From NCBI GenBank assembly GCA_050012475.1, contig JBEKHC010000060.1, positions 1-32,049 on the forward strand: a DNA stretch of 32,049 nucleotides, read 5' to 3'. The DNA comes from Candidatus Velthaea sp. (GTDB taxonomy: Bacteria > Vulcanimicrobiota > Vulcanimicrobiia > Vulcanimicrobiales > Vulcanimicrobiaceae). Below the pieces are notes generated by a model. That model had not been told where the DNA came from and ran no database searches. It worked only from the letters and a program-made list of their open reading frames with translations. The position numbers and the translations under genes are program-made. Shown piece by piece: positions 1 through 9,074 of the stretch. Numbering within the stretch: the stretch's first letter is position 1; each line of letters begins with the position of its first letter.

Positions 1-134
1 CTTTGTTGGAGTGAGGCATATACTGACGCCATCCGCGAACGTCGCACTCGGGCCGAGCGGAGCGTGATCCTCAAGAAAGCCCCTTGGACTTCTCGGGTTC
101 GCGGAGCGTTAGAAATGGCATCGCAATGTCGGGA

Positions 135-2795
135 TCAGGCATTCGTGACGGCAGAATACGGGCGTACGCCATCGGTAGAAGGCCCCGCCGCGCCATCGGG
201 CCTGCACGGGATGGAAAACGAGAACGAAGCACCGGGGCCATCATTTGCGGACGCCCAAATTCGGCCGCGATGGCTCTCGATGATCGAGCGACTGACCGAC
301 AGCCCGATTCCCATTCCTCCCTCCTTCGTGGTGTAAAAGGCCTCGAAGAGTTTGTTGGCGGCCTCGGGTTCGATCCCGACGCCCGCGTCTTGCACGGTCA
401 GACGAACACGATCACCTTCGTCTGGCTGTGTCTTGATTACGATTTGACGCGGACGATCGTGGATCCGGCTCATCGCATCAGAAGCGTTGAGCAGCAGGTT
501 CAGTACAACTTGCTGAAGTTGGACGCGGTCGCCCATCACGCGAGGGATTTCGGTGGCGAGCTCGTCGCGCAGCACGACCCGATTTGCTTGAAGTTCACCC
601 CACGAAAGCGCGATGACCTCTCGCGCAGCCTCACTCAGGTCTATCGGTTCGCTGGCACCGATCTTTTTGGCAAAGAGCGAGCGCAATCGCGTCATCACAT
701 CGGACGCACGTTTGCCGTCACGAATGATGCGCTGCGTGGTTTCGCGAGCGTCATCGACGTTTGGAGGATTCGTGGCCAGCATTCGCTGGCACGTGCCGGC
801 GTTGAGGATGATGCTCGATAGAGGCTGCTTTATTTCGTGCGCGATCGACGCCGTCATTGCTCCGAGGGTGGTGACCCTTGCCACGCGCGCGAGCTCAGAA
901 CGAACCTTTCCGAGCGCGTCTTCCGAAAGGCGCCGTTCGGTGATGTCCTGAACGGCACCAATGATCTCCAACTGGCCATTGGGGTCTTGGGTCGCGTAAG
1001 CTATCGTATGCAGGTACTTGACCGAGTCATCCGGCATTCGCAGGCGTATCTCGTAGTCAAGGTCACTGCCGGCCGTTCGTGCCTGGCCCAGCTTTTTAGA
1101 AAACGACGTGATATCTTCCGGGTGGACTCGGCCACCCATCCGCTCCAGCGTCACGGGCTCATCCTGCTCAAAATCGAATATGCGATAGAGTTGCTCCGAA
1201 AACACGATCTCGTCCGTGTTCACGTGCCAGGAAAAGGTACCCGTTACGCTCAGGCGTTGGCCTTTTGCGAGAAACGCCTCATTGAGCCGGAGCTTCTCCT
1301 CGGCCCGTTTCCGATCATCGATATCGGTGTTGGTCCCGTACCATTTGACGGTGTTGCCGAATTCATCGCGGAGCGGATTCGTGCGCAACAAAAACCAGCG
1401 GTACGCCCCGTCAAACCGGCGCAGTCGAGCTTCGACCTCTCCTGCCTCGTCGACGGTCGTGATGCGTTCCCACGCACCGGATAGATGGTCGAGATCGTCA
1501 GGATGAACCGCGGCCGTCCAGCCCCAGTCCTGCGCCTGTTCCGCAGAGAGGCCCACGTAGTCGAGATAGTGCTGGTTGAAGAATTCGGCGGAACCATCTG
1601 GGCGAGCAGACCAGGCGAGGGCAGGAATGGTGTTGATGATCTGCTTGAAATGTTGCTCGCTCGCCCGAATCGCATCCTCGGCGTGTTTGAAGTCGTCGAT
1701 ATCCGTGAGCAGGTCGTACCACACGGTGATACGAGCATCGGCATCTCGGACCGGAAGACCGCGCACCTGGAACCACCGGTACACGCCGTCGGCTCGGCGG
1801 AAACGGCATTTAACTTCGTACGGAGTTCCGGCCGTTGCTGAATTTGCAAAGGCTGCGATCACCCGAGACTGGTCATCTGGATGAACGGCTTCGCTGGTCG
1901 CCCAGCCTTTCAATTCCTCAGGCGTCTTGCCAAAGTATTCCAAGACTTGCCGGTTGAAAAGTTCCACCTCACCGGAGGGACTCATCGTACACAGAAGTCC
2001 GGGTATGCTGTCGATTATCTGGCGGAGATGAAACTCGCTCGCGCGGAGAGCTTGTTCGGCTCGCTTTTGATCGTCGATGTCCGTTTGCAAAACGTACCAG
2101 CGGGTCACGGCGGCTGAGCTGTCTTTAAGCGGCAGTCCGCGCGCCCGAAACCAGCGATACACACCATCGGCACGGCGCATGCGGTGCTCGATCTCGTAGG
2201 GCTCTCCCGTGTTTACCGATCGTGTCCATGCAGCAACGATCGCTGGAAGATCATCGGGATGACAGAAGTCACCGGTCGTCCACGCTTTGAGCTCGTCGAG
2301 GGTCGCGTTGAAGTATTCGAGGACATGGCGGTTGACGTTCTCGACCGCGCCCGTCGACGACATCACCGCAATGAGGGCTGGAACGCAGTCGGCAATCGCA
2401 CGAAATTGACTCGCGCGCTCGCGCAACTCGTCCTCGGCGCGCTTGCGTTCTTCAATGTCGGTGTTAATGCCGCACCATTTGACGATCCGTCCGGACGGAT
2501 CGAGCACTTGACGCTCGCGGAAAGCAAACCAGCGGTACACGCCGTCGAAGCGTCGCATGCGCGCTTCCAATTCACGCGGCTCACCCGAATCCAGGATGGA
2601 CTGCCAGCCCGCTAACAGCCCTGCCAGGTCATCGGGATGGATTGCCGCCAGCCATCCGCGCCCGTAGGCTTCGTCTACGGTGAGCCCCGTATATTCGCAC
2701 CAGCGCTGATTGACGAAATCGGCTTCCCCACTCGGACGTGCGGTCCACACCAAACCGGGTAAGGAATCCACGACGCGGCTGAGCTCGCTCTCCAT
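135..2795 (-). CDS. Cytoplasmic multi-PAS sensor histidine kinase (5 PAS/PAC + HisKA + HATPase; NodV/TodS-like)
   Basis: Tandem PAS-PAC units (HPDD...RRxDGxYRWF...TDIDD), H-box SIAHEIKQPL, N-box QVVLNLLLNA, G1 DAGVG, FYTTK, G2 GMGIGL; no TM segments. Start set at ATG 2795 (MESELSRVVD) because it matches the paralog start MDSDLSRVVD at 9075 and a promoter-like TGGACG-18-TATACT lies just upstream. Confidence 0.93.
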   Translation of the reverse strand: MESELSRVVDSLPGLVWTARPSGEADFVNQRWCEYTGLTVDEAYGRGWLAAIHPDDLAGLLAGWQSILDSGEPRELEARMRRFDGVYRWFAFRERQVLDPSGRIVKWCGINTDIEERKRAEDELRERASQFRAIADCVPALIAVMSSTGAVENVNRHVLEYFNATLDELKAWTTGDFCHPDDLPAIVAAWTRSVNTGEPYEIEHRMRRADGVYRWFRARGLPLKDSSAAVTRWYVLQTDIDDQKRAEQALRASEFHLRQIIDSIPGLLCTMSPSGEVELFNRQVLEYFGKTPEELKGWATSEAVHPDDQSRVIAAFANSATAGTPYEVKCRFRRADGVYRWFQVRGLPVRDADARITVWYDLLTDIDDFKHAEDAIRASEQHFKQIINTIPALAWSARPDGSAEFFNQHYLDYVGLSAEQAQDWGWTAAVHPDDLDHLSGAWERITTVDEAGEVEARLRRFDGAYRWFLLRTNPLRDEFGNTVKWYGTNTDIDDRKRAEEKLRLNEAFLAKGQRLSVTGTFSWHVNTDEIVFSEQLYRIFDFEQDEPVTLERMGGRVHPEDITSFSKKLGQARTAGSDLDYEIRLRMPDDSVKYLHTIAYATQDPNGQLEIIGAVQDITERRLSEDALGKVRSELARVARVTTLGAMTASIAHEIKQPLSSIILNAGTCQRMLATNPPNVDDARETTQRIIRDGKRASDVMTRLRSLFAKKIGASEPIDLSEAAREVIALSWGELQANRVVLRDELATEIPRVMGDRVQLQQVVLNLLLNASDAMSRIHDRPRQIVIKTQPDEGDRVRLTVQDAGVGIEPEAANKLFEAFYTTKEGGMGIGLSVSRSIIESHRGRIWASANDGPGASFSFSIPCRPDGAAGPSTDGVRPYSAVTNA

Positions 2796-2832
2796 TCCCG
2801 CCCCTTGCAACAATTCGTCGCAATCGTGCAAG

Positions 2833-2877
2833 AGTATACAGCACTCTCCGAGCGCACGTCCATATGACTTTGTCCCG
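2833..2877 (-). promoter_or_regulatory. Putative promoter of kinase 1 with a degenerate copy of the island box
   Basis: Minus strand reads CGGGA-CAAA-GTCAT-ATGGACG, 18 nt, TATACT; same geometry as the other box-containing promoters. Confidence 0.5.
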
Positions 2878-3175
2878 GAGCCGCTCGGAGTGCGGGCCGT
2901 ATGTGAAATCATATCGGCGCCGGAAAGCAGGAGAAGAAGCCGTTATGCCATCAGTAGGTCGTCCAAGGAGAGAAGGGCCGACCGCCGGCCAGGACGTTGT
3001 TCTGCACGCAGCCTTTTGACGGGCCTGCGCGCACCGCTAAGGTTAAGAGGAATGAAGTCGTCGCCGATGAGTCTATTTGCGGGCCGAACGGCGGCGCGTC
3101 GCTCATGCGGGATACGCGTGACGTTATGACGGTTCGAGCGTACGAACGTAGGGCTGCTGCCGGCGCCTACGACTG

Positions 3176-3772
3176 CTAATCCTGTTCACCGAGAGTTTGG
3201 ACGTACGTTTTGCCGTATGGATAGAAGAGTTCGTTGCGGCCTTGCTGCCACGCCGCTCTGAGTTCGGGCGCGGTAATGTCCCAGTCCGGCCGGCATTTTT
3301 TGCTAACGGCACGTAGATCCTGACGGAGATCTTCCATCGTTGGTCGGCCGAAGAACCAGTAACCGTTGTAGATCTTATAAACGACCAGACTGGGTTCGAG
3401 GACGATCACGTGGGGGATCATCGGATTATTGACAGGGTCCGTGTATTCGGCGATGTCGAGGTCTTTCTGGACGATACGGCCCGCGTCGGAGAGGAAAGGC
3501 CAATGGGCGCCGACTCCGCTGCGATATTCGTTCGTCTGCGTAATATTGTCGGTGCTAATGGTAACGAGCCGGCAATAGGCGACCTCGAGCTCACGATGGA
3601 GTGCAACGAGCCCTTCAGCCTGCCGGCGGTCCTTCGGACAGTATCCTCCTCGGCTGAGGACGAGAACCATCGGATGTTGTCCTTGCAGCTCAGAGAGCTT
3701 TCGGCGTTTCGCGGTGTGGTCGGAAAGCTCAAAGTCCGGGAAGATCGCGCCCGGAACAATCTCAGATCGCAT
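3176..3772 (-). CDS. Redoxin / AhpC-TSA-like thioredoxin-fold protein
   Basis: PGAIFPDFELSDH...LSELQG..PMVLVLSRGGYCPKD...FLSD..R pattern; single active-site Cys (CPKD); GAGAGGA RBS before ATG 3772. Confidence 0.8.
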   Translation of the reverse strand: MRSEIVPGAIFPDFELSDHTAKRRKLSELQGQHPMVLVLSRGGYCPKDRRQAEGLVALHRELEVAYCRLVTISTDNITQTNEYRSGVGAHWPFLSDAGRIVQKDLDIAEYTDPVNNPMIPHVIVLEPSLVVYKIYNGYWFFGRPTMEDLRQDLRAVSKKCRPDWDITAPELRAAWQQGRNELFYPYGKTYVQTLGEQD

Positions 3773-4065
3773 TCGAAAGGTTCCTCTCGGGCATCCGTCC
3801 GCAGCTGCTTGAAACTCGTTGCCGTGCACGAAGCTGATGGCGGCTTCTTTTCCCCAGGCGCAGCAAGCAAAATCGCAATCGCCCGTCTCGAGGCCGGAGC
3901 GAGCCGCAAAGATTGACTGAAACCGACGATAAGCTTCCTTGCCCGGGATCGATTCTCTTTCGACGGTGTCCTTGAGCTGCCGGTCCTTGCCCGGGTCGTG
4001 TGCCTTCGCCGAGACTCTCGAGTGCCAACTCGAGCGGAACCATGCACGGCCGCGGGAACGACAAA

Positions 4066-4152
4066 GGACTCGCGTACCGAAGCGTCGTCATCAACGACAA
4101 AAACCGTCGCCTCGGACTTCAGTTGAGGAGTGCGCTGCGTCGAAGCCATCAT
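4066..4152 (-). pseudogene. N-terminal remnant of a FixJ/NodW-type response regulator
   Basis: GGAGA RBS then MMASTQRTPQLKSEATVFVVDDDASVRES, which matches [15 protein letters not shown] of the intact regulator at 13476; similarity stops abruptly after about 29 codons. Confidence 0.7.
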
Positions 4153-4193
4153 TCTCCGATATCTTTGAGGTGCGGAATGTTTTGCGTAAACGG

Positions 4194-4595
4194 TCATGCG
4201 GAGGGCGAGTGAAGTTCCGCGTTCAGGGCTTTGAAAACAGTCTCGAGCAAAACGTTGTCATCGAAGGGCTTATCCAGGAACTCGATCGCGCCCGCACGCA
4301 TGGCCTGCGTTCGCATCCACTCTTCTCCATATGCGGTAATAAAGATGATCGCGACGCGGTCACCATCGTGTGCTAACTTCGCTTGCAAATCAAGACCGCT
4401 CATCCCCGGCATTTGGACGTCGGTGATCAGACACGCAGTGTCGCTCCGTATTCCTGAATTCAAAAACTCATCCGCTGATCCGAACGAGCGAGCTGTCAGG
4501 CCGACTGATTTCAGCGCCTCGTGGATCGCGCTGCGCACGGACTCGTCATCGTCCACGACGGCGACTAGCTGTCTCTTCGGCGCTGCGTTCTTCAC
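4194..4595 (-). CDS. Single-domain response regulator (receiver only)
   Basis: VAVVDDD, CLITDVQMPGMSG (phospho-Asp), IIFITA, FLDKPF; GTG start by alignment with paralog 14201-14578. Confidence 0.9.
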   Translation of the reverse strand: MKNAAPKRQLVAVVDDDESVRSAIHEALKSVGLTARSFGSADEFLNSGIRSDTACLITDVQMPGMSGLDLQAKLAHDGDRVAIIFITAYGEEWMRTQAMRAGAIEFLDKPFDDNVLLETVFKALNAELHSPSA

Positions 4596-4652
4596 ACCGG
4601 GAAGATAACACGCCGATTCGGAGGCGGCAATTATTCTCTGGGACGTCTTAGC

Positions 4653-4666
4653 TATACCAAAGTATA
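4653..4666. promoter_or_regulatory. Palindromic regulator box TATAC-CAAA-GTATA
   Basis: Perfect 5-4-5 inverted repeat 58 bp upstream of the receiver gene; near-identical to 14129-14142. Confidence 0.7.
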
Positions 4667-4830
4667 CTAACGATGCTTTCTTCCCATTTGACATCGATGG
4701 GCGACAGGCACGCTTTGCTCCCCACAGCGTCCTGGTAGTCGTGGTCGAGGTTGTCACCGATGGTCTTGTAGGCGCGGCGACACACTGCTGAAGCGAAGCT
4801 CGTCGGAGAGCGAATCTTGAGCGCAAAGTC

Positions 4831-4850
4831 CATACTAAGGTCTAATGGAC
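4831..4850 (+). promoter_or_regulatory. Island box abutting a -35-like element upstream of the cytochrome gene
   Basis: CATAC-TAAG-GTCTA-ATGGAC. Confidence 0.62.
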
Positions 4851-4904
4851 ACTGCTTCGCGCGTGATGCAGCATGCTGTCAGAAGCTGGAAGGGGGACGA
4901 CCTT

Positions 4905-5396
4905 ATGCGAAAACTCGCGTATTTGGTGATGGCGGTGTTGGCATTAGCTGCCGTACCAATTGAAATGGTTGACGCCACTGGAGAACTTCCCTCCGGATAC
5001 CGGGACTGGAAGCTGGTGACCGTTGCCCACGAAGCAGGCAACAACAACGACCTTCGCGCCGTGCTCGGTAACGATGTAGCGATCAAGGCCTTCCGGGAAA
5101 AGAAATTGCCGTACCCGGACGGCACAATCATCGTCCGGCTGGCCTGGCGCTACGTTCCGTCGCCGGAGAACGACAAAATCTTCGGCCGTGCCCAGTCCTT
5201 CGTTGCCGGATCCCCCATTAACGTACAGTTCGAACGGAAAGACTCAAGAAAATACGCCTCGACGGGCGGCTGGTCGTTCGTTCAACTCAAGGACGGCAAA
5301 CTTGCCGACGCGGCGGTGCAGCGGACCTGCTTCCCCTGCCACCAGCTTGCCGGGACGAAGGATTTTGTCTTCACTCACTACTCGCCCTCGCCCTGA
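4905..5396 (+). CDS. Cytochrome P460 / c'-beta family periplasmic c-type cytochrome
   Basis: Signal peptide, P.GYRDW, PDGTIIV, KD..KY..TGGW, C-terminal heme motif CFPCH followed by DFVF; AGGGGG RBS before ATG 4905. Confidence 0.85.
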   Translation: MRKLAYLVMAVLALAAVPIEMVDATGELPSGYRDWKLVTVAHEAGNNNDLRAVLGNDVAIKAFREKKLPYPDGTIIVRLAWRYVPSPENDKIFGRAQSFVAGSPINVQFERKDSRKYASTGGWSFVQLKDGKLADAAVQRTCFPCHQLAGTKDFVFTHYSPSP

Positions 5397-5580
5397 TGTG
5401 CTTGCCGCGCTACGTCTATCGAAGTCGAACGGTGAATGCGCCCGACCGCAACGATCGTGAGACGGCTCGCTTACGAGTGCCTGCTCAAGATTCGTTGAAT
5501 CCCGTACTGCGCTGCTTTTCGCGCATTGTCGGTACGATATTCGACGTAAGTCAAAGGACAAAGACGTTCAGCCGCTAGGC

Positions 5581-5625
5581 GATACCAAAGTATAATGGAC
5601 GGCTGGTTGGAGCTTGACATATTCT
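5581..5625 (+). promoter_or_regulatory. Island box plus promoter upstream of the epoxide hydrolase
   Basis: GATAC-CAAA-GTATA-ATGGACG, 18 nt, TATTCT. Confidence 0.65.
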
Positions 5626-5734
5626 GGTGACCTGGGCGAGCGTCTCGATCGGGCGGCAAGAAGACGCTCCAAGCCGGTTTCCAAGTGGGAAGCAGACGAT
5701 CTTTCCCGTCGTCGATGTGTCCGGAGTGACTCCA

Positions 5735-7084
5735 ATGTCGAAAAATCTGGTTCTCGATCGCCGTGGCTTTTTAGGAATTGCAGGGGCAGCCATTGTCGCC
5801 GGTCCGCTCGGTCTCTCGGGGTTTGCGGAGCGGCCCAACGTGATGACGGAAGTTGCAGAACTGACGCCGAAAAGCGGTTCCGCCGTTCGTCCCTTTCGAG
5901 TAAACGTTGCGGACACGGATCTCGACGAACTGCGCAAACGCATTAAGGCGACGCGCTGGCCCGACCAAGAACCAGTCGCAGATAATTCACAAGGCGTGCC
6001 GCTGGCGATGATTCAGGGGGTTGCGAGTTACTGGGCGACGGACTACGATTGGCGAAAGTGCGAGGCGAAGCTCAACGCCTTGCCGCAATTTCTGACCGAG
6101 ATCGATGGGCTCGACATTCATTTCATACACGTTCGGTCGAAACATAAAAACGCGCTGCCGTTGATCGTCACGCACGGCTGGCCCGGGTCGATCATCGAAC
6201 AGCTGAAGATCATCGAACCGCTGACCGATCCGACGGCACATGGGGGGAGTGCGTCGGATGCCTTCCATATCGTTGTTCCCTCGATACCAGGGTACGGTTT
6301 TTCGGGACGGCCGACCGTGACCGGATGGGGTACCGAACATACGGCACGCGCCTGGGTCGTGCTGATGAAACGCCTTGGCTATAAGCAGTTCGTTGCGCAA
6401 GGCGGCGACCTTGGTTCGGTGGTTACGACGTTGATGGGCGAACAAGCCGCGCCGGAACTGCTGGGGATTCATACGAGCCTGCCGGCAACCGTGCCGCCTG
6501 CCATTGCAAAATCGCTGGCCAGCGGCGACCCCGCGCCGGGCGATCTTTCAGCCGATGAAAAGCACGCCTACGAGCAGCTCCAGCTGCTGTATGGGAAGCA
6601 ATTCGCCTATGCCGCGTTCATGCATACACGGCCGCAAACGCTCTACGGATTGGCTGATTCCCCCGTGGGTCTGGCGGCCTGGCTTCTGGATCATGGCGAC
6701 GGCAACGGCCAACCGGCGGCTGCTGTCATCTCCGCGCTGGCTGGGCATACGATCGACGGTCATAGCGCCGGAGATCTGACGCGCGACGACGTCCTCGACA
6801 ACATCACCCTGTACTGGCTGACGAATACCGGGATTTCTGCGGCCCGGTCGTATTGGGAAAATAAGACCAGCCCGATCAACGCCGCCAACGTCGCCATCCC
6901 GGCTGCCGCAACCGTGTTCCCCGACGAGATCTATGAGGCTCCGCGCAGTTGGACGCAGCTCGCGTTTCACAAGCTCATCTATTTCCATAAGGCGGAAAAG
7001 GGCGGTCACTTTGCAGCCTGGGAGCAGCCGCAAATCTTTTCCGAAGAGGTTCGCGCTGGTTTTCGATCGCTGCGACAAGCGTGA
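5735..7084 (+). CDS. Epoxide hydrolase (EHN domain + alpha/beta hydrolase) with Tat signal
   Basis: DRRGFLG twin-arginine motif, RPF.V...TRWP, HGWPGS, QGGDLG (Asp nucleophile), GGHFAAWEQP; GGAG RBS before ATG 5735. Confidence 0.92.
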   Translation: MSKNLVLDRRGFLGIAGAAIVAGPLGLSGFAERPNVMTEVAELTPKSGSAVRPFRVNVADTDLDELRKRIKATRWPDQEPVADNSQGVPLAMIQGVASYWATDYDWRKCEAKLNALPQFLTEIDGLDIHFIHVRSKHKNALPLIVTHGWPGSIIEQLKIIEPLTDPTAHGGSASDAFHIVVPSIPGYGFSGRPTVTGWGTEHTARAWVVLMKRLGYKQFVAQGGDLGSVVTTLMGEQAAPELLGIHTSLPATVPPAIAKSLASGDPAPGDLSADEKHAYEQLQLLYGKQFAYAAFMHTRPQTLYGLADSPVGLAAWLLDHGDGNGQPAAAVISALAGHTIDGHSAGDLTRDDVLDNITLYWLTNTGISAARSYWENKTSPINAANVAIPAAATVFPDEIYEAPRSWTQLAFHKLIYFHKAEKGGHFAAWEQPQIFSEEVRAGFRSLRQA

Positions 7085-7186
7085 CGTGGCCCGAATGCAA
7101 GGTGCGGCGCATCGCCGGCACGGCTGGGCGCGCGCAATGGGTCGAAGGAACGGGATGACATCGGCGCGGCACTAGTAACCGCGCGC

Positions 7187-7771
7187 GTGCTGGAGCGGGC
7201 AGAGCTGCCCGTCGATACCGTCCGGCTCGCACGTTTTCTCATCGGCAAACTGCTCGTGCGGATACTGGCTGAAGGCGCGGCGGGCGGCCGTATCGTCGAG
7301 ACCGAGGCCTACGACATCGGCGACCTCGCGGGCCACGCCTATCGCGGCATGACCCCGCGCACCCGGGCGCTCTTCCTCGAGCGCGGACACGCCTACGTGT
7401 ATCTCGCCTATGGCAGGTCATTCATGTTGAACGTCTCCAGTGAGGCGGCCGGCGTGGGCGCGGGTATTTTGATCAGGGCGATCGAGCCAACGGATGGCAT
7501 CGCCATCATGAAGCACAATCGTGGAACTCAGCGGGTGCGTGACTTAGCGCGCGGTCCGGGACGATTGAGTGCGGCCTTGGCGATCGATCGCCGGCTGGAT
7601 GGAATCGACCTTTGCCAGGTCGGCCCGCTGTGGCTGGGTTCCGACGGTCGGGCGCCGGACGAAATCGGACAGAGCAAACGGATCGGCCTTACGCGCGCGG
7701 CCGACCGTCTACTGCGATTCTACGTTCGGGGCAATCGTTTCGTCAGCGGTCCACTGGCGCTCAATACATGA
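7187..7771 (+). CDS. mpg: DNA-3-methyladenine glycosylase (AAG/MPG family)
   Basis: GRIVETEAY, GHAYVYLAYG, LIRAIEP, RGPGRL, RIGL motifs; true start uncertain (RBS-backed ATG at 7156 is out of frame). Confidence 0.9.
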   Translation: MLERAELPVDTVRLARFLIGKLLVRILAEGAAGGRIVETEAYDIGDLAGHAYRGMTPRTRALFLERGHAYVYLAYGRSFMLNVSSEAAGVGAGILIRAIEPTDGIAIMKHNRGTQRVRDLARGPGRLSAALAIDRRLDGIDLCQVGPLWLGSDGRAPDEIGQSKRIGLTRAADRLLRFYVRGNRFVSGPLALNT

Positions 7772-7775
7772 GCGT

Positions 7776-7870
7776 TCAAGGCGTGTCGCGCCAGAAGGAG
7801 AGGATCGCCGCGGCGAGTTCGTCGGGACACTCCTCGGGCAGAAAGTGTCCGCAGCCGGCGACAACCGCGC
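7776..7870 (-). pseudogene. C-terminal remnant of an alpha/beta hydrolase
   Basis: AVVAGCGHFLPEECPDELAAAILSFW* is a typical catalytic-His C-terminus; no hydrolase N-terminus is present upstream. Confidence 0.65.
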
Positions 7871-7914
7871 AAGGCCTAGCCGGAAGCCGGTGCGCCGGGC
7901 GGTCGTGCTCGGCG

Positions 7915-8349
7915 TTAACGGCTCGCGACAGCGGGACCGCCGCGCCAGACGCTCCCGTCGGCAAAAATGACTTCCGATACGTTGCATGTTGCGTTCGGAG
8001 CGTCGATGGGATTGGCGATCGCGAAATGGTGTCTGATCTGCGCGCCGGAAGTAAACGTTCCTTTGTCGACGATGATCTGCGTCGATTGTCCGGCATTGAC
8101 CGCGAACTTCACGAGCGTTGCCGCGACGGTGCCGGTGTTAACGAACTTGATGTTGATGTCCGTATCGATGAACTGCGGGGCTTGCTCGACGTCGGCGATG
8201 GCGCCCGGCGTATAAAGTTCTCTGACGCCAAACGACGAGATCGCTATGGGCGACTTGACCGCGTAGGAGATGTTCTGTGCTTGTGCCAGGGCCGGTGCGG
8301 CGGCGACGAATGCGGCTGCCGCGCAGAATTTGAGAACGTGCTTCGACAT
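7915..8349 (-). CDS. Secreted beta-strand-rich hypothetical protein (144 aa)
   Basis: AAGGAG RBS, Sec signal ending ALA/AQA; motif I.FVN...A..V.F......DKGTF..G..I.H.F...TC.V..V.FADGS.W; a paralog fragment lies at 14879. Confidence 0.82.
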   Translation of the reverse strand: MSKHVLKFCAAAAFVAAAPALAQAQNISYAVKSPIAISSFGVRELYTPGAIADVEQAPQFIDTDINIKFVNTGTVAATLVKFAVNAGQSTQIIVDKGTFTSGAQIRHHFAIANPIDAPNATCNVSEVIFADGSVWRGGPAVASR

Positions 8350-8431
8350 GGATCCTGCTCCTTGTATTTTGACGGATATTGAAATAGCGCTGGCTCTCCG
8401 CCCCGTCTTCGTGGCCAACGCCGGAACACAA

Positions 8432-8475
8432 GGATAGGTCACGGTGCCGTAAGAGGTCCATCGTACTTTGGTGTC
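8432..8475 (-). promoter_or_regulatory. Island box plus promoter for the secreted protein gene
   Basis: Minus strand GACAC-CAAA-GTACG-ATGGACC, 18 nt, TATCCT. Confidence 0.62.
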
Positions 8476-8591
8476 GCTCCGTGGCCGCTATGCGCACCCG
8501 CATCAACCGCGCCGACAACGCTTACGCGCGGGCGGGGCCAAGCGCGTCGATGCCTTCCCGTGTGCGATGGCGCGCTGTTGTGGCGCGGATC

Positions 8592-8635
8592 TACACCAAA
8601 GTCTAATGGACGTGTTCTGCGGAGTACATTACTAT
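8592..8635 (+). promoter_or_regulatory. Island box plus promoter for the 50-aa small protein
   Basis: TACAC-CAAA-GTCTA-ATGGACG, 17 nt, TACTAT. Confidence 0.65.
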
Positions 8636-8743
8636 CGGTCCAAGATCCGGCTGATATCCGATCCGCTCCGCAGACGTCTCCGCACCGACGGCGATGATTG
8701 TGCGCGCAGAGGGTAAGCCGTCCACGACTGCGAGGCAAATACA

Positions 8744-8896
8744 ATGGCAGGCATCATGGTCTTTTCTTCCATCGGCGAGGCAATGCGGGCAGGCTTTCAA
8801 GTGTACGATCGAACGAGCAACGGGTATCTCGTGCGAACGCGCACGGCTCACGGGTGGGCGCTCGCGATCGTTGACGTCGTAAGCCCCGAGAGCTAA
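8744..8896 (+). CDS. Small 50-aa protein MAGIMVFSSIGEAMRAGFQVYDRTSNGYLVRTRTAHGWALAIVDVVSPES (absent from the ORF track)
   Basis: Translated by hand: GAGG RBS at 8732-8735, ATG 8744, TAA 8894-8896, own box and promoter upstream; globular-looking helix plus beta-strand pattern. Confidence 0.75.
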   Translation: MAGIMVFSSIGEAMRAGFQVYDRTSNGYLVRTRTAHGWALAIVDVVSPES

Positions 8897-9019
8897 GCCG
8901 AGGCGTCGCTCCCGCCGGCAGTCTGAGCGAACCGAGACGGACGAAGAGTCGTTCGAATGCCGAGGCTCCAACCTGGTGACCGGCCGTCGCCTCCGGCGAC
9001 GGGCTTGCACGAAGCCCGC

Positions 9020-9048
9020 TGGACGTTCTGAGTAGTGTGGCATATCCT
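9020..9048 (+). promoter_or_regulatory. Putative sigma70-type promoter of kinase 2
   Basis: TGGACG-17-TATCCT followed by CTTG; resembles the kinase 1 promoter TGGACG-18-TATACT-CTTG. Confidence 0.45.
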
Positions 9049-9074
9049 CTTGTCACGGCCACAAGAGGACGGCA

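Noticed and set aside
1..19. Possible start (ATG at 19, MPHSNK...) of a minus-strand gene downstream of kinase 1
   Set aside because: Only six codons are visible and there is no clear RBS; cannot be supported
1290..2790. Roughly 380-bp periodic similarity as a DNA repeat or CRISPR-like array
   Set aside because: Explained by tandem PAS-PAC domains within the kinase; no identical repeats with spacers and no cas genes
4648..4833. 61-aa minus-strand ORF (…RAYKTIGDNLDHDYQDAV…) between the two boxes
   Set aside because: Starts and ends inside the regulatory boxes, has no RBS and no recognisable family; at most a remnant
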